Shown here piece after piece: positions 43,835 through 54,255 of a stretch of 64,000 nt of DNA. A model generated the notes under the pieces. It was not told where the DNA came from. It searched no databases and was given only the letters and a program-made list of their open reading frames with translations. The position numbers were made by a program, and so were the translations under genes. Positions within the stretch are counted from its first letter, which is position 1, and each line of letters starts with the position of its first letter. Source of the DNA: an uncultured bacterium (GTDB taxonomy: Bacteria > Planctomycetota > UBA1135 > GCA-002686595); the NCBI GenBank assembly GCA_943787795.1, contig CALSNU010000004.1, forward strand, positions 416,001 to 480,000, read 5' to 3'.

Positions 43835-46099
43835 CTAGCGGTCCTCGAGCAACAAGCCCTCGGCGTCGGCCTTGCGCATGGGCCTCGTCTGCCAGGAGTC
43901 GAAGGGTAGCAGCACCCGGCGGGCGCGCGCCGCGTGGTCGATACGGCGGATCCATCCGGTCGGGATCGAGAGCGTGCCGAGGTCGTCGTGCTCGAAGACG
44001 AGGCGGCCGCCCTCAGAGCTCAGCGCAGCGCCGTGGAGCACCGCTCCCCCCACCAACGGTCCGCCGCTCCGCCCCTGCGCACCGAGAGTGACCTGCCACG
44101 CCCCATCCACCAAGACGGCGTCCGGCTGGGGGTCACGGTCCACCCGCACCCAGCCCGCGAGCCGCTGGAGGGGCACGCTGATGCCCGCGGTCGCGCCGCC
44201 GACCAGGCGCGCCTGAGCGTCCGCAAGCCCCTTGAGGTCCGCGCGGATCAGGTCGCCATTGCGAGCCAGGAAGAGCTGCTCCCCCGGGCTCGCGGCCTCA
44301 CTCCTCGGGATCGCGAGCGCCCAGGACAGCCGAAGAGCGTCCCCATCACGCGTCATCCGGGAGGGCTTGAGTGAGAGGTCCATCGCCTCTCCCGCGAAGG
44401 ACCGGCGCTTGTAGAACGGGTGCTGCGTGAGCTTCATCGCCTGGTTGATGAGGAGGCCTGGCGCGAGCAGGACGGCCTTGATCCGATCCTGCGAGATCTC
44501 GACCTGGCCCTCGCCCAGCGGCGTCTCGACGGTGACCGACATCGAACTCGCCCGGACGACGCGCGCTGGAAAGCGCTGACCATCCACGAGCACGAGGATG
44601 TTGGGGAACGCCCGATCACCGGCGGGGTCCTCCGCCGACCGCCTCGTGAGGCTGAAGGGCACGCCACTGGGGACCGCGATGGGCTCCTTGAAGCCGAAGA
44701 CCTGAAGCCGGGGCTGCGGCCGGCCATCCACCACCTCGAAGCCCGCGAGCTTCACGTTGACCGCGGCTCGACCCTCGAGCTCGAGGCTGGCGGCAGGAGC
44801 GCTGTCGAAGCCCGTCGTCGATCGCCGCCGGAAGTGCCACAGCTCGCCGAGGGGGAGGACCACCGGGGTCTCGGCCCAGCGGGGAATGAACCGCAGTCCG
44901 CCCGGGACAAAGCTGAGCTCGCGCCCCTCGACGGACTCGCCGTCCCGGCAGGTCACTCGATACCAGCCCTCCTCGGGCTCAGAGGCCTCCAACGCATCCC
45001 GATCCGGACCCACCGCGGAGCGGAGCCCCTGAGACCGGTCAAAGTCCACGGTCCCCCCCTCCAGCTCGAAGGTCCGAACCTCGGGGTCGAACCCGCGGAC
45101 GCGGTCCAGCATGATCGCTCGCTCCACCGCGAGCCGGCCCGGCTCGGGCCTGGCGGCCATGGCGACCTCGGCGCGCAGGATCTTCATGGGCGCGCCGAGC
45201 GACGTCACGAGCACGGCGTCCCGTCGGCTCGGCCGGTCCAGCGCCGCGCCGATGACCGAGACTCGACCCGAGGGCTCCTCGACGCTCGCGAGCCGAACAC
45301 GCTCACCGCCGATCTCGAACTGGAGGACGATCGAGCTGTCGTCGGAGAGCTCGAGCCCGGTCTGCCTGAGGTTCAGATCTGCCCCGTCAAAGGTGTAGAG
45401 CACCAGCTCGCCCTCCCAGGGCTCCACCACGACGCCCCCGAAGGTCTCTCGGCGGTGATCCCCGCCCAGGTGGATCCGAAACTCGGGCGCACCCTCCCAG
45501 GAGAGCTCGAGCAGCAGCCGATCTCCGTAGTCGAGGCAGCGACGCGCTGCCACCGCGCCGCGGGTCGTGAGCAGGAGGGCGGCGTCGTTGCTCTGAACAT
45601 CCTTCGCGCCCTCGTTGCGATCCATCCACGGTCCCCAGAGGGGGCGCGCGGGCCCGTCGGTGTCCGCCAACGCCGGCGGCAAGAGGTCGCCGCACTCCCT
45701 AACGGGCACGCTGAAGGACCCCAGCCGCGAGCTCTCGAACCCGATGAAGCCTCCCCCCACGGACGTCACGCGGCCGCGCAGGCTCTGGCGCCGCTTCAGG
45801 GTGAGCAGATCCCGCCCCGACTCGGGAGCGAGCGGGAGCCTGAGCCCCTCGGGAACCGTGACCAGCGAGGTGATCGCCTCGAGGTCCAGCGTCGCCGGCG
45901 CGTCGTACGGGTCCACCTCCAGTCGGAGTTCTCCCGACCCGGAGACCGTCGCCGGCCCGACGTACTGGGAGTCGTCCGCCAGCAACACCGAGATCGGGAG
46001 GACCTCACCTCCGGTCTCCTGGCTCGCCGCGGCGGGCGCAGCCAGCGCGAAGAGACCGGCGGTCGCCACCGCACTCAAGATCCAACGGCCCACGCTCAT
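43835..46099 (-). CDS. Exported hypothetical beta-rich protein, last gene of the vWA operon
   Basis: ATGA overlap at 46099; signal peptide; recurring short motifs (RDGESVEG, VDGQRFPA, RNGDLIRA). Confidence 0.75.
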   Translation of the reverse strand: MSVGRWILSAVATAGLFALAAPAAASQETGGEVLPISVLLADDSQYVGPATVSGSGELRLEVDPYDAPATLDLEAITSLVTVPEGLRLPLAPESGRDLLTLKRRQSLRGRVTSVGGGFIGFESSRLGSFSVPVRECGDLLPPALADTDGPARPLWGPWMDRNEGAKDVQSNDAALLLTTRGAVAARRCLDYGDRLLLELSWEGAPEFRIHLGGDHRRETFGGVVVEPWEGELVLYTFDGADLNLRQTGLELSDDSSIVLQFEIGGERVRLASVEEPSGRVSVIGAALDRPSRRDAVLVTSLGAPMKILRAEVAMAARPEPGRLAVERAIMLDRVRGFDPEVRTFELEGGTVDFDRSQGLRSAVGPDRDALEASEPEEGWYRVTCRDGESVEGRELSFVPGGLRFIPRWAETPVVLPLGELWHFRRRSTTGFDSAPAASLELEGRAAVNVKLAGFEVVDGRPQPRLQVFGFKEPIAVPSGVPFSLTRRSAEDPAGDRAFPNILVLVDGQRFPARVVRASSMSVTVETPLGEGQVEISQDRIKAVLLAPGLLINQAMKLTQHPFYKRRSFAGEAMDLSLKPSRMTRDGDALRLSWALAIPRSEAASPGEQLFLARNGDLIRADLKGLADAQARLVGGATAGISVPLQRLAGWVRVDRDPQPDAVLVDGAWQVTLGAQGRSGGPLVGGAVLHGAALSSEGGRLVFEHDDLGTLSIPTGWIRRIDHAARARRVLLPFDSWQTRPMRKADAEGLLLEDR

Positions 46100-47130
46100 C
46101 GCTCGTAGACCGGCAGGAGGGTGTACTCGAGGGCTCCGGAGAGGAGCAGCATGGCCGTCTGATAGGCCGGCCCCTGGAATGACGCCGCGATGACGATCCG
46201 GCCGTCCTCGCCCTGTCGCAGGATCAGGTCGTTGGTGTTCTTTGCGCTCCACGCGCGCCACGCAGCGTGGTCAAGCTGGAAGAGCGCCTGCGAGACGTAG
46301 TAGCGGGAGTAGCACGGGTGGGCCGAGCGGGTGGATTCCACCGAGCGCGATATGACGTAGCTGCGCAGCGCGTCGTCCGCCAGCGGCCGCTTCGCTACGG
46401 ATCGGCACAGCGCGACGATCGACGACCGCGCGAGCGAGTCTCCGTACCCGCCCGTCCCCGAGTAGGAGACGGTCCCCGACTCCGAGGTCATGGTCTCGAG
46501 GTATCCAAGGGCGCTCTCGATCGACTCGTCGGGGACCGGCACGCCCGCGTTCCGAGCACCGAGCAGACCCATCAAGATCCCGCCCGTGACCGAGGAGTCC
46601 GCGTCGGAGGAGCTCGGCGAGTAGCGCCACGCCTTGAAGGGGTTCTGCTTCTGCGAGGTCACCGCGCAGCGCACGGCCAGCCGCAGGGCGTCCCCGATCG
46701 AGCGCTCCAGCTCCAGGTCCTTGTCCTCGAAGAGCCGCTCATCCACGGCGCCGAAGCAGTCCGCGAGGCAGAGCATCGCGAACCCGTGCTCGTACATCCC
46801 GCTCCCGATCTGTCCCGAGGAGCGGCTCTGCTGGGCGATGAGTGAGCGGAGGCCCCGGCGGATGCTGTCCGCGTACTTACCGTGGTTCGGATCTTCACCG
46901 GAGGCGAGCAACGCCATGATGCAGATTCCGCTGACCCCAGCGCTGCTCTCCCAGGAACCCCCGTCGGCCTGCTGGCCGACGATGAAGTCAGCGCCTCGCG
47001 CGTGAAGCCGGCGGTGGGCTGGCGGCACAGGCGCGCCCGTGCGCACCTCCTGCCCAAAGGACGGCGTGAGCACCGAGATGAGGAGGGCCAGCGCGGCCGC
47101 TATGCGGTTGATTCGTTGTCGACCCATCAT
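46096..47130 (-). CDS. Prenyltransferase/squalene-cyclase-repeat (alpha-barrel) exported protein
   Basis: QQADGGSW, MYEHGFAMLCLA, WRYSP...DSSVT, ARNAGVPVP, YYVSQALFQ; start ATG 47130. Confidence 0.85.
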   Translation of the reverse strand: MMGRQRINRIAAALALLISVLTPSFGQEVRTGAPVPPAHRRLHARGADFIVGQQADGGSWESSAGVSGICIMALLASGEDPNHGKYADSIRRGLRSLIAQQSRSSGQIGSGMYEHGFAMLCLADCFGAVDERLFEDKDLELERSIGDALRLAVRCAVTSQKQNPFKAWRYSPSSSDADSSVTGGILMGLLGARNAGVPVPDESIESALGYLETMTSESGTVSYSGTGGYGDSLARSSIVALCRSVAKRPLADDALRSYVISRSVESTRSAHPCYSRYYVSQALFQLDHAAWRAWSAKNTNDLILRQGEDGRIVIAASFQGPAYQTAMLLLSGALEYTLLPVYER

Positions 47131-48494
47131 CGTCCACTCTCCTCGACGCCGAGCGCCTTCAGCTGATCCGCCGAGAGGACCTGTCGCAGGTCCGTCATGA
47201 AGGCAGCCCGGGGCTGCACCTTGGCTCTGGTCTGGACGCCTGCCCCGACGCCGTTGGCGCTGACAACTTGCGGCAGCCCTAGAGCTCTGAGGAGCGGCCT
47301 CGCCCCGATCGCCCCGAGGCCCAGGGCCCCCCGGTCCACCTCCCGGCCGACCTCGCGCTGAAGCGCCGCGCCCAGCGCCTCGCGCCGGCCGTCGTCCAGC
47401 AACAGCAGCTGGTCGAGGTGTTCGAGCATGAGCCGGCCACGGGCGCCCACCAGTACGCCCCGGTCGCCATCGCGCCAGGGGCCGGGCGCCGCACCATCGA
47501 CCGCATGGCGCGCCTCCTCCCGTCGCACGAGCGCCTTCCAGAGGAGCTGCTGATCCAGGTCGACCACCGCTCGGAGCAGGTTGCGTTCGCCGGTACGGCG
47601 CGGCTTCCAGCGGTCGCGGCGAAACTCCCGGCCCATCGCCGTCGCGCCCCGGGTGAGCAGGGTCGCCTGCTCTTCGCTCCACCCGTGATAGGCCGCCAGC
47701 GCCAGCGCCTCGAGCACGAAGTCATCCTCGGGAAAGCGTCCACCGCCAAGGGCCCTGGCGCCGCCGCGGCCTGAAGACCGGCCGGCTGCGGACACGGCGC
47801 GCATCCGCACGAGCCGGTTGACCTGCTCCCGGGCGAGAAGCGTTCGGACCGGCTTGAAGGTGACCACGGCCGCGGTCAGGTCAGTCGAGGTCGCGCGATC
47901 TCGCCGCCAGCGCGGATCCTCGAGCCAGGCCATGACCGGCTCGCGGAGCGCATCGGCCTGCGCCTCCCGGAGCCGCAGCTCCACGGTCAACGCCCGGAGG
48001 AGCACCTCGCCCGAGGCCGCCTCCAGGCGAGCCTCACGCGAGGCACGATCGGCCTTGAGGGCGGTCTGCTGCTCGACGTTGAGCCCGCCCTCCCAGGCCG
48101 AGGTCCACTCGCTGGACGTGAGCAGAGCCTCCCAGGCAGACTCGACCCAGTCGGGGTCTCGCGCCTCCGCCATGCGCCGAGCCTCGACGACCGCTTCCTC
48201 GACGAGGTCATCGAGGGCGACGCTCAGGCGCTCCACCTGGTCCCCTGATGAGCCGGCGACGCGGGCGATCCAGTCGAGGTACGCGGCAGCGAGCCCCTCG
48301 AGACGGGCTCCCTCCCCCGTGATGTCCGTGGGCGCAGTGGACCCCACCTCCACGGGCTGACCTTGATCCAAGGACACGATCGGGCCTGCCCCGGCGGGCG
48401 CCAAGACGTGCAGCGCCGGCATGGCCGCCAGGATTCCAAGCGCCCTCCAGGGCGAGCCGCGATGCCCGCGTTGATGACCTCGCTTGATGCTCAC
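47127..48494 (-). CDS. Hypothetical helical exported protein
   Basis: GTGA and ATGA overlaps on both sides; N-terminal hydrophobic segment; repeated helical L-x-x-E/D-Q motifs. Confidence 0.7.
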   Translation of the reverse strand: MSIKRGHQRGHRGSPWRALGILAAMPALHVLAPAGAGPIVSLDQGQPVEVGSTAPTDITGEGARLEGLAAAYLDWIARVAGSSGDQVERLSVALDDLVEEAVVEARRMAEARDPDWVESAWEALLTSSEWTSAWEGGLNVEQQTALKADRASREARLEAASGEVLLRALTVELRLREAQADALREPVMAWLEDPRWRRDRATSTDLTAAVVTFKPVRTLLAREQVNRLVRMRAVSAAGRSSGRGGARALGGGRFPEDDFVLEALALAAYHGWSEEQATLLTRGATAMGREFRRDRWKPRRTGERNLLRAVVDLDQQLLWKALVRREEARHAVDGAAPGPWRDGDRGVLVGARGRLMLEHLDQLLLLDDGRREALGAALQREVGREVDRGALGLGAIGARPLLRALGLPQVVSANGVGAGVQTRAKVQPRAAFMTDLRQVLSADQLKALGVEESGR

Positions 48495-51400
48495 CTTCCG
48501 GCCTCCAGCGCCTCGAAGTAACGCTCCAGCGACTCCTGGAATTCCACCGGGATCTTGGAGGGCTCGCCGCGGGCGGCGCGCTTCATACCCCGCTCATCGC
48601 CCTGCTCCTTGTCCCCCACCGAGCGACCGCTGAGCGCCAGCGCAGCAGAGGCCTTGGTCCCGCCATTCCCGCCTCCGGGCGACGCGCTGCTCTTCCCCCC
48701 GCCCCCGCTGCTGCCGCCGGCACGGCGCGACTGAAGGAGTAGCTCGATGGCCTCGGTCTCCGCCGCCAGGGTCTCACGGCCAGTCTCCGCCACCGCCATC
48801 AGCTCCGCCGCCTCCACCATCGCCCGCCGCGCGGTCGCCATCATTCGAATCTCCGTCCCGAACGTCCGAGATCCATCGGGCAGCTTGCGCATCCGGTTCA
48901 TGACATCGTCGAGACGGTCCGCCAGGTCTCCTTGCTGACCGGAGAGCTCCGTGGACCTCTCACGGTGCCCCGCCTCTTCGAGCGCCGACTTCGCCTGCTC
49001 CGCTTCGCGGGTCTTGTCCCGCAGGATCATCTCTCCCTCGGTGATCCGCAGGACCTCCAGGATGATCTCGGGCGGAAGGCTCTCGTCGTTGGTGCCGCCC
49101 TCTTCCTCCTGGTCCTCCGGGGGCGCCTCGGCCGGCGGTACGAGCTCGTCGCCCCAGCGATCGAGGCGATCCGAGAGGTAGCCTGCGAGCATCACGGCCT
49201 GCCCAGGGCGGCCCGCTGCAGCGCTCGCGGCGACCTCACCGGCCAGGAACGCGGGCCGTGTTCGGGTCCACTCCGCCACGACCCTGAGGAGCCGCGGCGC
49301 GCCCTCGTCCCCGCGGTAAGTGAGCCGGTCGGCATAGGCGTCAAGGTCCGTGAAGAGCGCCTTGAGTCGCCGGCCCTCCAGCGCCTCGAGGGCGCCGAGC
49401 TCCTCGTTAGCCACCGCGACAGCAGGACGCTTCAGGGAGCCTGTGGACCCAAAGGCCTGCGCCACGGGCAGCGTCAAGCGCTCCACTCCCTCCGCCTGGG
49501 CGCGGCTTGCCATCTTCATGCGCTTGACCAGGGTGCTGGCCTCCAGGCGCGCGAGGAGCTCCTGGAAGGGGAGCGCCAGCTCATTGAACGACTCCACCAG
49601 CTCGCGCTGCGCCGCCACAGCCTCGGCGAGCTGCTGGGCCGTCATGCTGCGCGAGCTCTTCTCCTCGACCGGCTGCTCCTCCTCCGGCGTCGGCGGGTCG
49701 CCCCCGCCGCTCGCCCCGGGCACCGTCGTCCCGACCAGGCCCAGCGAGCCGGGTCCGCTCGGCGCGTCGGTCGGACCGGGCTCCGCCGACTGGGGACTCT
49801 CCTCGCCTTCCGCGAGGCTCGACTCCACGTCAAGGAGGGTGGGGGTCGGGTCGAACGGCGACTCCTCCTCGGCTCCAGCAGCCTCGGCCTCGTCCTCGCT
49901 CGGGGGAGCCGCGCCGCCGCTCCCACCCGCCCGGATCACCCCGGCGGAGCTCGCCTCGCGTCCTCCCGGCGTATCCGCGGTGGCCGCCGCCTGGGCGGCG
50001 CTGGCGAGCAGCTCAGAGACGGCCTCCATGTCCTTCTCCGCGAGCTCTTCGAGCCCCTCTCGAGCATCGGACCACATCTTGAGGTCAGCCGCTTCAACAG
50101 ACTCGTTCAGGGCCGCCTCGTCGAGCAGCTCCCCGCCTTCGGCGACGAGCGCGCCGAGCTTGGACTGGTTCCGGCGCTCCGCGACGACCTGGTCTTCGAG
50201 CATGGCCTGGACTTCGGCCGAGCCCAGCTCCGCGTCGGTCATGGCCAGCAGGGTCTCGTTGGTGGCCAGCAGCTCCAGCTCGCGGTCGCGGATCTCTGCC
50301 GCCTCCTCGATCCAACGGTCCATCCTCCGGCTCACCCACTTCAAGTGCTCCGCCTCGTCCATGACCGTGAGCTGGACCGGCGCAGAGTAGACCCGCTCCC
50401 GGCCGGGGAGTGAGTCCATGGCCCACGCCCGCAGCTCCAGGGCGCCGGGCTCGATGCCCAGGTCCACGGGGCTCAAGGTCGCGAAGGCCTCCGCCCGCGG
50501 CTGCCCCGGCTCCTGAGCCAGCAGCACCTTCTCGCCCAGCGAACGGGGCTCGGCTCCCGGCTCCGCAGCGGGCTCGAACCACTCGAGCCCACAGCGGTCC
50601 ACGCCGAGATCATCCACCACCAGCACGTCAAAGGTGAGCGCTCCGAGCTCGAGCAAGACCGGATCGGGCTCGATCCCAACCATGGAGACCTGGGGCGGGG
50701 CATCCACCACGGGTCGCACCGAGAAGCGGAAGGGGCGCGGCCCCACCAGGCCAAACTCATCCACCCAGGAGATCTCCTGGACCACGGACTCGCCCGCCGC
50801 GACGCAGGCGAGGGGTTCGCCCTCGAGGCGCAGCCTCACGGTGTCGGTCTCGGCGTCGACCGCGCGCGAATCACGGCTGAAGTCGAGCTGCAGCCTCACC
50901 TCGCTCCCCACCACGGCAGAGAGCGCGCCGCCGCTCACGTCTCGCTCCAGCGGCTCCGGGATCCCGAGGTATTCGGGGAGGTGCACCCTCGCCGTCGCGG
51001 CCACCACCTCGGGCCGAGGCAGAGGGCAGAGCAGGACGCGCCGGCGCAGGTCGCCGATGACGAGCAGCGCTGACTGCTCCCCGGCGAGGGGAGGCACCTC
51101 GAGGGTGTAGCCGCCGGCGACCCGCGCTCCTTGGAGGGTCTCCCTTTCGAGCCGCAGCTCCGCCCGGTCCGGGCGCGATCGAGTGTCCTCGGCCAGCTCG
51201 AGGCGGACCGGCCACGCCTCCTGGATCGGCAGCACCCAGCGCCCCTGCGCCCCATCCACCCGGGTGAAGGTGAAGCGCTCCACCTCACCGAAGGGCAGCG
51301 CCCAGCGCTGGAGTGCGTTGAGACCCACCTCGGGGAGTCGCACGAAGAGCGCGAGCATCACGGTGACCGGGAGCAGGAGCCAACGCGTGAGGAGCTGGTG

Positions 51401-51916
51401 CCGGGAGACGGGGAGCGCGTGGGCCAGGGACTTGCCCCCTAGGTCGCGCTCACCGCGGCGAATCGCGGCGCGGACGAGCTCCGGGCTCCGCCGGAACTCC
51501 TCGGGATCCGTCGCGAGCTCGAGGATGCCGAGCAGCCGGTCTCCCGTGCGCGGGTCCCGGGTCGCGACCTCACGGGCGATCGAACCGACAGTGCGGTGTC
51601 GCAGCACCCATCGGGTCAGCGTCCGGGGAAGAGCGGCCGCGAGTGAGCCACACGCGACGAAGAGGAGCGCGGCTCGGAGGAGCGACGGCGTATCGAAGAG
51701 TCGATCGATCCCCGCGGCGGTCAGGAAGGAAGCGCCCCCCACGAGCCCGCAAAGGGCAGCAGCCTCCCACAGCTTCTCCCGTCGCATCCGGGCGCGGAAC
51801 GCCCGAAGCGAGCGGTCGATGCCCTCGGGGAAGGGAGGGCCGCTGCCGTCGGAGATCATGGGTCGGTCGTCGCGGGGCGGATCGCCGCCCGCGTGGACAT
51901 GTTGGCTGGGCTCCAT
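48491..51916 (-). CDS. Large membrane-anchored coiled-coil protein (DUF4175-like)
   Basis: TAATG overlap at 51916; three N-terminal TMs, DAPPQV...DDLGV, long Q/E-rich helices, terminal IPVEFQESLERYFEAL. Confidence 0.75.
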   Translation of the reverse strand: MEPSQHVHAGGDPPRDDRPMISDGSGPPFPEGIDRSLRAFRARMRREKLWEAAALCGLVGGASFLTAAGIDRLFDTPSLLRAALLFVACGSLAAALPRTLTRWVLRHRTVGSIAREVATRDPRTGDRLLGILELATDPEEFRRSPELVRAAIRRGERDLGGKSLAHALPVSRHQLLTRWLLLPVTVMLALFVRLPEVGLNALQRWALPFGEVERFTFTRVDGAQGRWVLPIQEAWPVRLELAEDTRSRPDRAELRLERETLQGARVAGGYTLEVPPLAGEQSALLVIGDLRRRVLLCPLPRPEVVAATARVHLPEYLGIPEPLERDVSGGALSAVVGSEVRLQLDFSRDSRAVDAETDTVRLRLEGEPLACVAAGESVVQEISWVDEFGLVGPRPFRFSVRPVVDAPPQVSMVGIEPDPVLLELGALTFDVLVVDDLGVDRCGLEWFEPAAEPGAEPRSLGEKVLLAQEPGQPRAEAFATLSPVDLGIEPGALELRAWAMDSLPGRERVYSAPVQLTVMDEAEHLKWVSRRMDRWIEEAAEIRDRELELLATNETLLAMTDAELGSAEVQAMLEDQVVAERRNQSKLGALVAEGGELLDEAALNESVEAADLKMWSDAREGLEELAEKDMEAVSELLASAAQAAATADTPGGREASSAGVIRAGGSGGAAPPSEDEAEAAGAEEESPFDPTPTLLDVESSLAEGEESPQSAEPGPTDAPSGPGSLGLVGTTVPGASGGGDPPTPEEEQPVEEKSSRSMTAQQLAEAVAAQRELVESFNELALPFQELLARLEASTLVKRMKMASRAQAEGVERLTLPVAQAFGSTGSLKRPAVAVANEELGALEALEGRRLKALFTDLDAYADRLTYRGDEGAPRLLRVVAEWTRTRPAFLAGEVAASAAAGRPGQAVMLAGYLSDRLDRWGDELVPPAEAPPEDQEEEGGTNDESLPPEIILEVLRITEGEMILRDKTREAEQAKSALEEAGHRERSTELSGQQGDLADRLDDVMNRMRKLPDGSRTFGTEIRMMATARRAMVEAAELMAVAETGRETLAAETEAIELLLQSRRAGGSSGGGGKSSASPGGGNGGTKASAALALSGRSVGDKEQGDERGMKRAARGEPSKIPVEFQESLERYFEALEAGR

Positions 51917-54255
51917 TACACCCTCCCCGCCGCCTTTCGGCCGATCCAGAGCGCGGTCATCAACACCGCCGCTGCGAGGCCAAAGAGCGGGTGACCCCAG
52001 AGTCGCACGCGAGTGACCAGGGGCGCAGGCGTCGGCAGGTCCGAGAGCCGCGCGCCGATCGCGCCGGATGAGAGCTGCTCGAGAACGTCGCCGCCGCTGA
52101 TCCGCGCGACCTCCGCCAGGACATCGGGGCGCGCGGGCCGCCCCACCCGCTCCCGCGGACGCGCGGTCACCGAGATCTCGGCCTCGAGGGTCGAGTCCGT
52201 CTCTTCGCACCGGAGCAGCACCTGGTGGCGCCCCCCCTCGACCGGCCGCCAGCTCGCAGAGTACAGGCCCCAGGCCGGCTGGTCGCCCGCCCTGGACGGC
52301 TGGGTGAACCGGATCCGCTCGACCTTCCCGGACGGCGACTCGATCCGCGCCGTGACCGCCGCTCCATCGATGGGCCCGCCCCCCTGCGAGTCCATGACGT
52401 TGGCGTTGAGGGCGACCGTCGTCCTCGCCTTCGGCCGGTCGGGCGCGAAGAACAGCCGCATGGACTCCCCGACGTTCATGTTCCGCTGGTACGCCATCCA
52501 CCGGATGACCTGGCCCCAGAAGCGGTAGTGGTAGAGGTCTTCAAAGCCCTCGCGCCAGCGCCACGCGCCGTCGGTCCCCATGAAGAGCACCTTCCCCGTT
52601 CGGGCCGGGCGCGTCACGAGGAGCTGGCGTCGTCCTGTCCTCCCGATGCTGTCGGGGTGGACGCCGAGGACCTGAGCGCCCGCGCGCGCCCGCTCGACCG
52701 CGGCGTACCACTGGAACCCGGGGAGCTCTGACCAGAGGTAGGTGTTGGCCACGGTCTCGGGGATCAGCCGCGTCAATCCGCTGCTCAGGCCCGCCGTCGT
52801 CAGCCGGAGCCGCGCCGGCGTGGCCGCGCCGTAGCCCCTCGGCCGCGAGGAGTCCAGGTCCACGGGGTAGAGCTCCCCGAGCGCGCTCTCCTGGAGTTCG
52901 AGGTGCCCACCACCAAAGCCAGGCATGAGGATCAGCCCCCCCGCCTGGTCACGCACGACCCCCGCGATGTTCTCGCACTGCTCCAGCGTCAGGCCGTCCG
53001 GGCCGAGCCCCACGTCACCGATGAAGATCACGTCGTACTCGCCGAGCAGCTCCTTGGAGGGGAAGGCCTCGAGGTAGTGCGGCCCGCCACCCCTGGTGGG
53101 CATGCCAGGCAGCGTGAGGTAGCAGTCCACCTCGACGCCAGGGTCCCGCACGAGCGCGTTGCGGAGGTAGCGGTACTCCCAGCGCGGGAAGCTCTCCACG
53201 AGCAGTACGTCGAGGGACTCCTCCCGGACGTCGAGCTCGATCGTGCGCGTGTTGTTCTCCAGGTCCAGCTCGCCGGGGACGGGGTCCACGGTGATCGTCA
53301 GCGAGACCCGGCCCGGCACCGTGGGGAGGAACTCCAGGATCTCCGTCGTGATCCGGCGCGCGGGCAGCGCGATGCCCCTGGACTCCACGAGGCCATCCGG
53401 TCCGGCGAGCGAGATCCTCGCGGGGACCTCACGCGGCATCGCGCTCTCCAAGGAGACCGGGATCTCGAGACGGCGGCCCACGATCGCGAACGCTGGGGGC
53501 TCCACGGGCTCGAGGGCCACGTCCGGCTGCTGGTCCTGGCTCCCCACCGTCGAGGTGAAGATCGGCACGTCCGCGAGCCGGTAGCGGACGGCCGCCTCGA
53601 ACGGGCTCTCACCCTCCGTCCAGTCGCCGTCGGATGCGAGGAGCACCACCCGCAGGGCTGGATTGTCGAGCAGCCGGTCCAGGGGACCGGCGAGGTCCGT
53701 CCCGCGCTCCTCCGCGGAGACGTCCCCATCGACAGGGTCCACCACCGCCGACAGCGGCGTGACGATCAGGTCGAAGCGGCCTCCAGCCGAGGCCTCAACG
53801 GCCGCCGCGCCGCTCGCCTCGAGCTCGGCCACGGTCCTGGCCAGCGCGTCGGCCCGGCTCATGAGCCCCGCCTCCCCGGAGGCGCCCCCCGCGGTCGCGG
53901 TCCCTGCCGGGGTATCTCCCCCGAGCACGTCGACCGTGTCTTCCCCAAGCACGACCGCCGGGTCTCCCCCAGGCACGTCCACCGTGGCCATGCTCCGGGA
54001 GTCATCCCACAGCACAGCCACCAGGGCGCGCTCCGACGGGACCTGGCTGCGGACCCACTCGGGACCCAGCAGGGCGAGGAGCACGAGCGCGATGAGGGCC
54101 GTCCGGATCACCTCCACAAAGAGCACCGCGGGCCGGCCCCCGCTCCGCCTCCAGGCGCGGACGCCGAGGGCGGCCACCACGAGCGTCAACCCGATGCAAC
54201 CCCCGACCAGGACCGGATCGGTGACCTGGAATTGAATCCCCGTCGACACGTTCAC
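51916..54255 (-). CDS. Membrane protein with vWA, Ig-like and GATase1-like domains
   Basis: GTGA overlap at 54255; MIDAS DDSRSM, SDG, ENN, PRWEYRYLRNALVRDP, YDVIFIGDV, WRWR...YRFWGQVIRW, C-terminal TM. Confidence 0.82.
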   Translation of the reverse strand: MNVSTGIQFQVTDPVLVGGCIGLTLVVAALGVRAWRRSGGRPAVLFVEVIRTALIALVLLALLGPEWVRSQVPSERALVAVLWDDSRSMATVDVPGGDPAVVLGEDTVDVLGGDTPAGTATAGGASGEAGLMSRADALARTVAELEASGAAAVEASAGGRFDLIVTPLSAVVDPVDGDVSAEERGTDLAGPLDRLLDNPALRVVLLASDGDWTEGESPFEAAVRYRLADVPIFTSTVGSQDQQPDVALEPVEPPAFAIVGRRLEIPVSLESAMPREVPARISLAGPDGLVESRGIALPARRITTEILEFLPTVPGRVSLTITVDPVPGELDLENNTRTIELDVREESLDVLLVESFPRWEYRYLRNALVRDPGVEVDCYLTLPGMPTRGGGPHYLEAFPSKELLGEYDVIFIGDVGLGPDGLTLEQCENIAGVVRDQAGGLILMPGFGGGHLELQESALGELYPVDLDSSRPRGYGAATPARLRLTTAGLSSGLTRLIPETVANTYLWSELPGFQWYAAVERARAGAQVLGVHPDSIGRTGRRQLLVTRPARTGKVLFMGTDGAWRWREGFEDLYHYRFWGQVIRWMAYQRNMNVGESMRLFFAPDRPKARTTVALNANVMDSQGGGPIDGAAVTARIESPSGKVERIRFTQPSRAGDQPAWGLYSASWRPVEGGRHQVLLRCEETDSTLEAEISVTARPRERVGRPARPDVLAEVARISGGDVLEQLSSGAIGARLSDLPTPAPLVTRVRLWGHPLFGLAAAVLMTALWIGRKAAGRV

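Noticed and set aside
46096..47130. Squalene-hopene cyclase or terpene biosynthetic cluster
   Set aside because: Single short barrel with a signal peptide, no DxDD motif and no isoprenoid genes nearby.
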